Shown here: in pieces, positions 37,874 through 39,593 of the stretch
Layout of the letters: each line of letters opens with the position of its first letter
Position numbering within the stretch: position 1 is the stretch's first letter
Origin: Lentimicrobium sp.
GTDB taxonomy: Bacteria > Bacteroidota > Bacteroidia > Bacteroidales > 4484-276
Length of the DNA stretch: 39,593 nucleotides
Direction of reading: 5' to 3'
Assembly: GCA_012516825.1 (NCBI GenBank)
Contig: JAAYWF010000094.1
Span: 1 to 39,593, forward strand
Position numbers and translations under genes: made by a program
Notes under the pieces: generated by a model
The model's database searches: none
What the model was told of the DNA's origin: nothing
What the model saw: the letters and a program-made list of their open reading frames with translations, nothing else

Positions 37874-37881
37874 TATTTTTG
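37874..37881 (+). promoter_or_regulatory. candidate -7 box for lysC (TATTTTTG)
   Basis: Exact TAnnTTTG, 16 nt upstream of the lysC ATG, implying a very short leader. It overlaps direct repeat copy 2 (37878-37891). Confidence 0.45.
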
Positions 37882-37897
37882 CCTTTTATTTAATCAA

Positions 37898-39169
37898 ATG
37901 AGAGTATTTAAATTTGGCGGAGCTTCGGTAAACAACGCTGATGCAGTAAAAAATGTAGCTGATATTATCACTCGGTTCAGTAACGAAGAGTTAGTTTTAG
38001 TTTTTTCGGCAATGGGAAAAACCACCAATGCGCTGGAAAAGGTAACACATGCCGCTTTTTATAACTTACCTGAACTGACGGAGAGAATAGATGAGGTTGA
38101 AAATTTCCATTTCAATATTGCAGATGCCCTATTTGACAGTGACCATTTACAAATAAATAATGAGCTAAAAAATATTTTTGATAGTCTTAAACAGGTTGCA
38201 AGTAAACCTGAATACGCCTACGACGAGTTTTATGACCGCATTGTATCCTTTGGCGAAATCCTTTCGACGACAATTATCAGTCGGTTTCTTAACGAGAGGG
38301 GAATAATGAATGTAATTATTCCTGCGCAAGAGATGATTATTACCGGAGACCGCTTCAGGGATGCAGCGCTGGATTGGGCAATGACTGAAAAACTTATCAA
38401 AAAAAGAGTTTTAGATGTTTTCCATGATCAAAATTGTAATAAAATAATCACACAAGGCTTTATTGGTTCTACGATTGATGGAAAACCAACAACACTTGAT
38501 CGCGAAGGGTCGGATTTTACCGCATCCGTTATTGCTTATTGCCTCGATGCCGATGAAGTAATTGTTTGGAAAGATGTAGATGGTCTGCTAAATTGTGATC
38601 CCGATCATTTTGCTAATCCTCTCAAAATTGACCACATATCGTATCATGAAGTTGTCGAGTTAACCTTTTTTGGCGCCAAAATCCTTCATCCAAAAACCAT
38701 TAAGCCACTTCAAAACAAATCAATTCCGTTGAGGGTAAAATCTTTTTTTAATCCAACAGCGAATGGAACATTAGTTAGTGATCAAGCCTCTTCAGACCTA
38801 TCAATTCCATTTCTGATTAAAAAAAATGATCAAGCATTGATATCCTTTTTCTCAAAAGATTTTTCATTTATCGCAGAAGATAAACTATCAAAGATTTTCT
38901 GGAGATTAAACCAACTCAATATCAAGATTAACCTAATGCAAAACTCAGCTATCAGTTTTTCAATTGTAGTAAACGACCCCGGCAAAAAGCTAAAATCACT
39001 CTCCAATAGTCTGGCTAATGATTTTGATATTCTTTATAATCGTGGATTGGAACTGCTCACTATCCGCAACTTTACTGATCAACTCATAAAACAATATCTG
39101 ACAGACAAAGAAATACTGCTGGAACAACGCAGTCGGAAAACAATACAGGTAGCTTACACTCAAACTTAA
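37898..39169 (+). CDS. lysC: aspartate kinase (monofunctional)
   Basis: 423 aa. The N-terminus is MRVFKFGGASVNNADAVKNV. Also present are FSAMGKTTN, the REGSDFTA region and VWKDVDGLLNCDP. The C-terminal ~130 aa fit ACT-type regulatory domains. Confidence 0.9.
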   Translation: MRVFKFGGASVNNADAVKNVADIITRFSNEELVLVFSAMGKTTNALEKVTHAAFYNLPELTERIDEVENFHFNIADALFDSDHLQINNELKNIFDSLKQVASKPEYAYDEFYDRIVSFGEILSTTIISRFLNERGIMNVIIPAQEMIITGDRFRDAALDWAMTEKLIKKRVLDVFHDQNCNKIITQGFIGSTIDGKPTTLDREGSDFTASVIAYCLDADEVIVWKDVDGLLNCDPDHFANPLKIDHISYHEVVELTFFGAKILHPKTIKPLQNKSIPLRVKSFFNPTANGTLVSDQASSDLSIPFLIKKNDQALISFFSKDFSFIAEDKLSKIFWRLNQLNIKINLMQNSAISFSIVVNDPGKKLKSLSNSLANDFDILYNRGLELLTIRNFTDQLIKQYLTDKEILLEQRSRKTIQVAYTQT

Positions 39170-39203
39170 AATCATATTGCCGAAGAGCTTAAAAATATGT
39201 TAT

Positions 39204-39211
39204 TATACTTT
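39204..39211 (+). promoter_or_regulatory. candidate -7 box for the antiporter gene (TACTTTTG)
   Basis: Exact TAnnTTTG, 87 nt upstream of the GTG at 39298. Confidence 0.3.
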
Positions 39212-39297
39212 TGCCAGATCAATCATTGTTTTATGAAACCGATTAATCGCTTAATAAACGCTGTTTTAAAAAATCAACAAATTGTAAAACTTTTTCC

Positions 39298-39593
39298 GTG
39301 ATTATTTCCTTGTTGATACTTACAGGCGGCCTTGTCTTATTAATCAAAGGCGCTGATTGGCTTGTAAACGGAGCATCAGCGCTTGCAAAAAAATACAATG
39401 TCTCCGATTTGGTAATCGGGCTAACAGTTGTCGCTTTTGGAACGTCGGCCCCAGAGATGGTAATAAACGTTTTTGCATCAGCTCAAAACCATCAGGATAT
39501 CGTATTTGGAAATGTTATCGGAAGCAATCTATTCAACCTTTTTGCCATACTTGGAATCTCAGGTATAATATTCCCATTAACGGTTCAAAACAA
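39298..39593 (+). CDS. Ca2+/cation antiporter (CaCA/YrbG family), 5' partial, running off the window end
   Basis: My own translation from GTG 39298 is VIISLLILTGGLVLLIKGADWLVNGASALAKKYNVSDLVIGLTVVAFGTSAPEMVINVFAS...GNVIGSNLFNLFAILG. It contains the alpha-1 repeat signature GTSAPE. An in-frame stop lies upstream at 39244-39246. The ORF is absent from the ORF track because it is open-ended. Confidence 0.8.
   Translation, partial: MIISLLILTGGLVLLIKGADWLVNGASALAKKYNVSDLVIGLTVVAFGTSAPEMVINVFASAQNHQDIVFGNVIGSNLFNLFAILGISGIIFPLTVQN

Noticed and set aside
37435-37897. Lysine riboswitch upstream of lysC, and a T-box-like leader upstream of trpS (8772-8870)
   Set aside because: No GC-rich multi-helix core resembling the L-box was visible. 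The best lysC promoter box leaves only a ~10-nt leader. T-box leaders are not expected in Bacteroidota, and the 99-nt trpS upstream region is too short and unstructured.

Overview
This is a low-GC chromosomal segment from a member of Bacteroidota. The evidence is a Bacteroidia-type 16S signature, TAnnTTTG -7 promoter boxes and T9SS/gliding-related genes. The window opens inside a minus-strand 16S rRNA gene that has three tandem promoter cores. It then runs through mostly housekeeping genes, in this order: an outer-membrane barrel candidate, pepD, a tandem zinc-ribbon protein, tRNA(CAU), lnt, hflX, trpS, a GldA-like ABC ATPase, dnaN, plsY, a 1,515-aa uncharacterised envelope protein, fused ccsBA, a PorZ-like T9SS protein, recO, a tiny lipoprotein, an SprT-like metalloprotease, manC and an S46 (DPP7-type) peptidase. 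These are followed by an ECF sigma/anti-sigma/DUF4252 module, hutH, a five-gene glycan locus (WecA-like transferase, epimerase, two glycosyltransferases, fused ABC exporter), lysC and the 5' end of a CaCA antiporter gene. I saw no CRISPR array, transposase, integrase, phage genes or recognisable defence genes, and I cannot point to a clear-cut novel system. The best candidates for undescribed biology are: (i) the giant signal-peptide protein whose stop overlaps the plsY start; (ii) a ~400-bp ORF-free stretch of the divergent lysC intergenic region, bracketed by an exact 14-nt direct repeat and containing a 19-bp long-range inverted repeat; (iii) a 14-nt extended promoter core found only at the rRNA and tRNA promoters; (iv) an internally duplicated Cys-rich zinc-ribbon protein. 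All product calls rest on motif recognition by eye; no database search was run.
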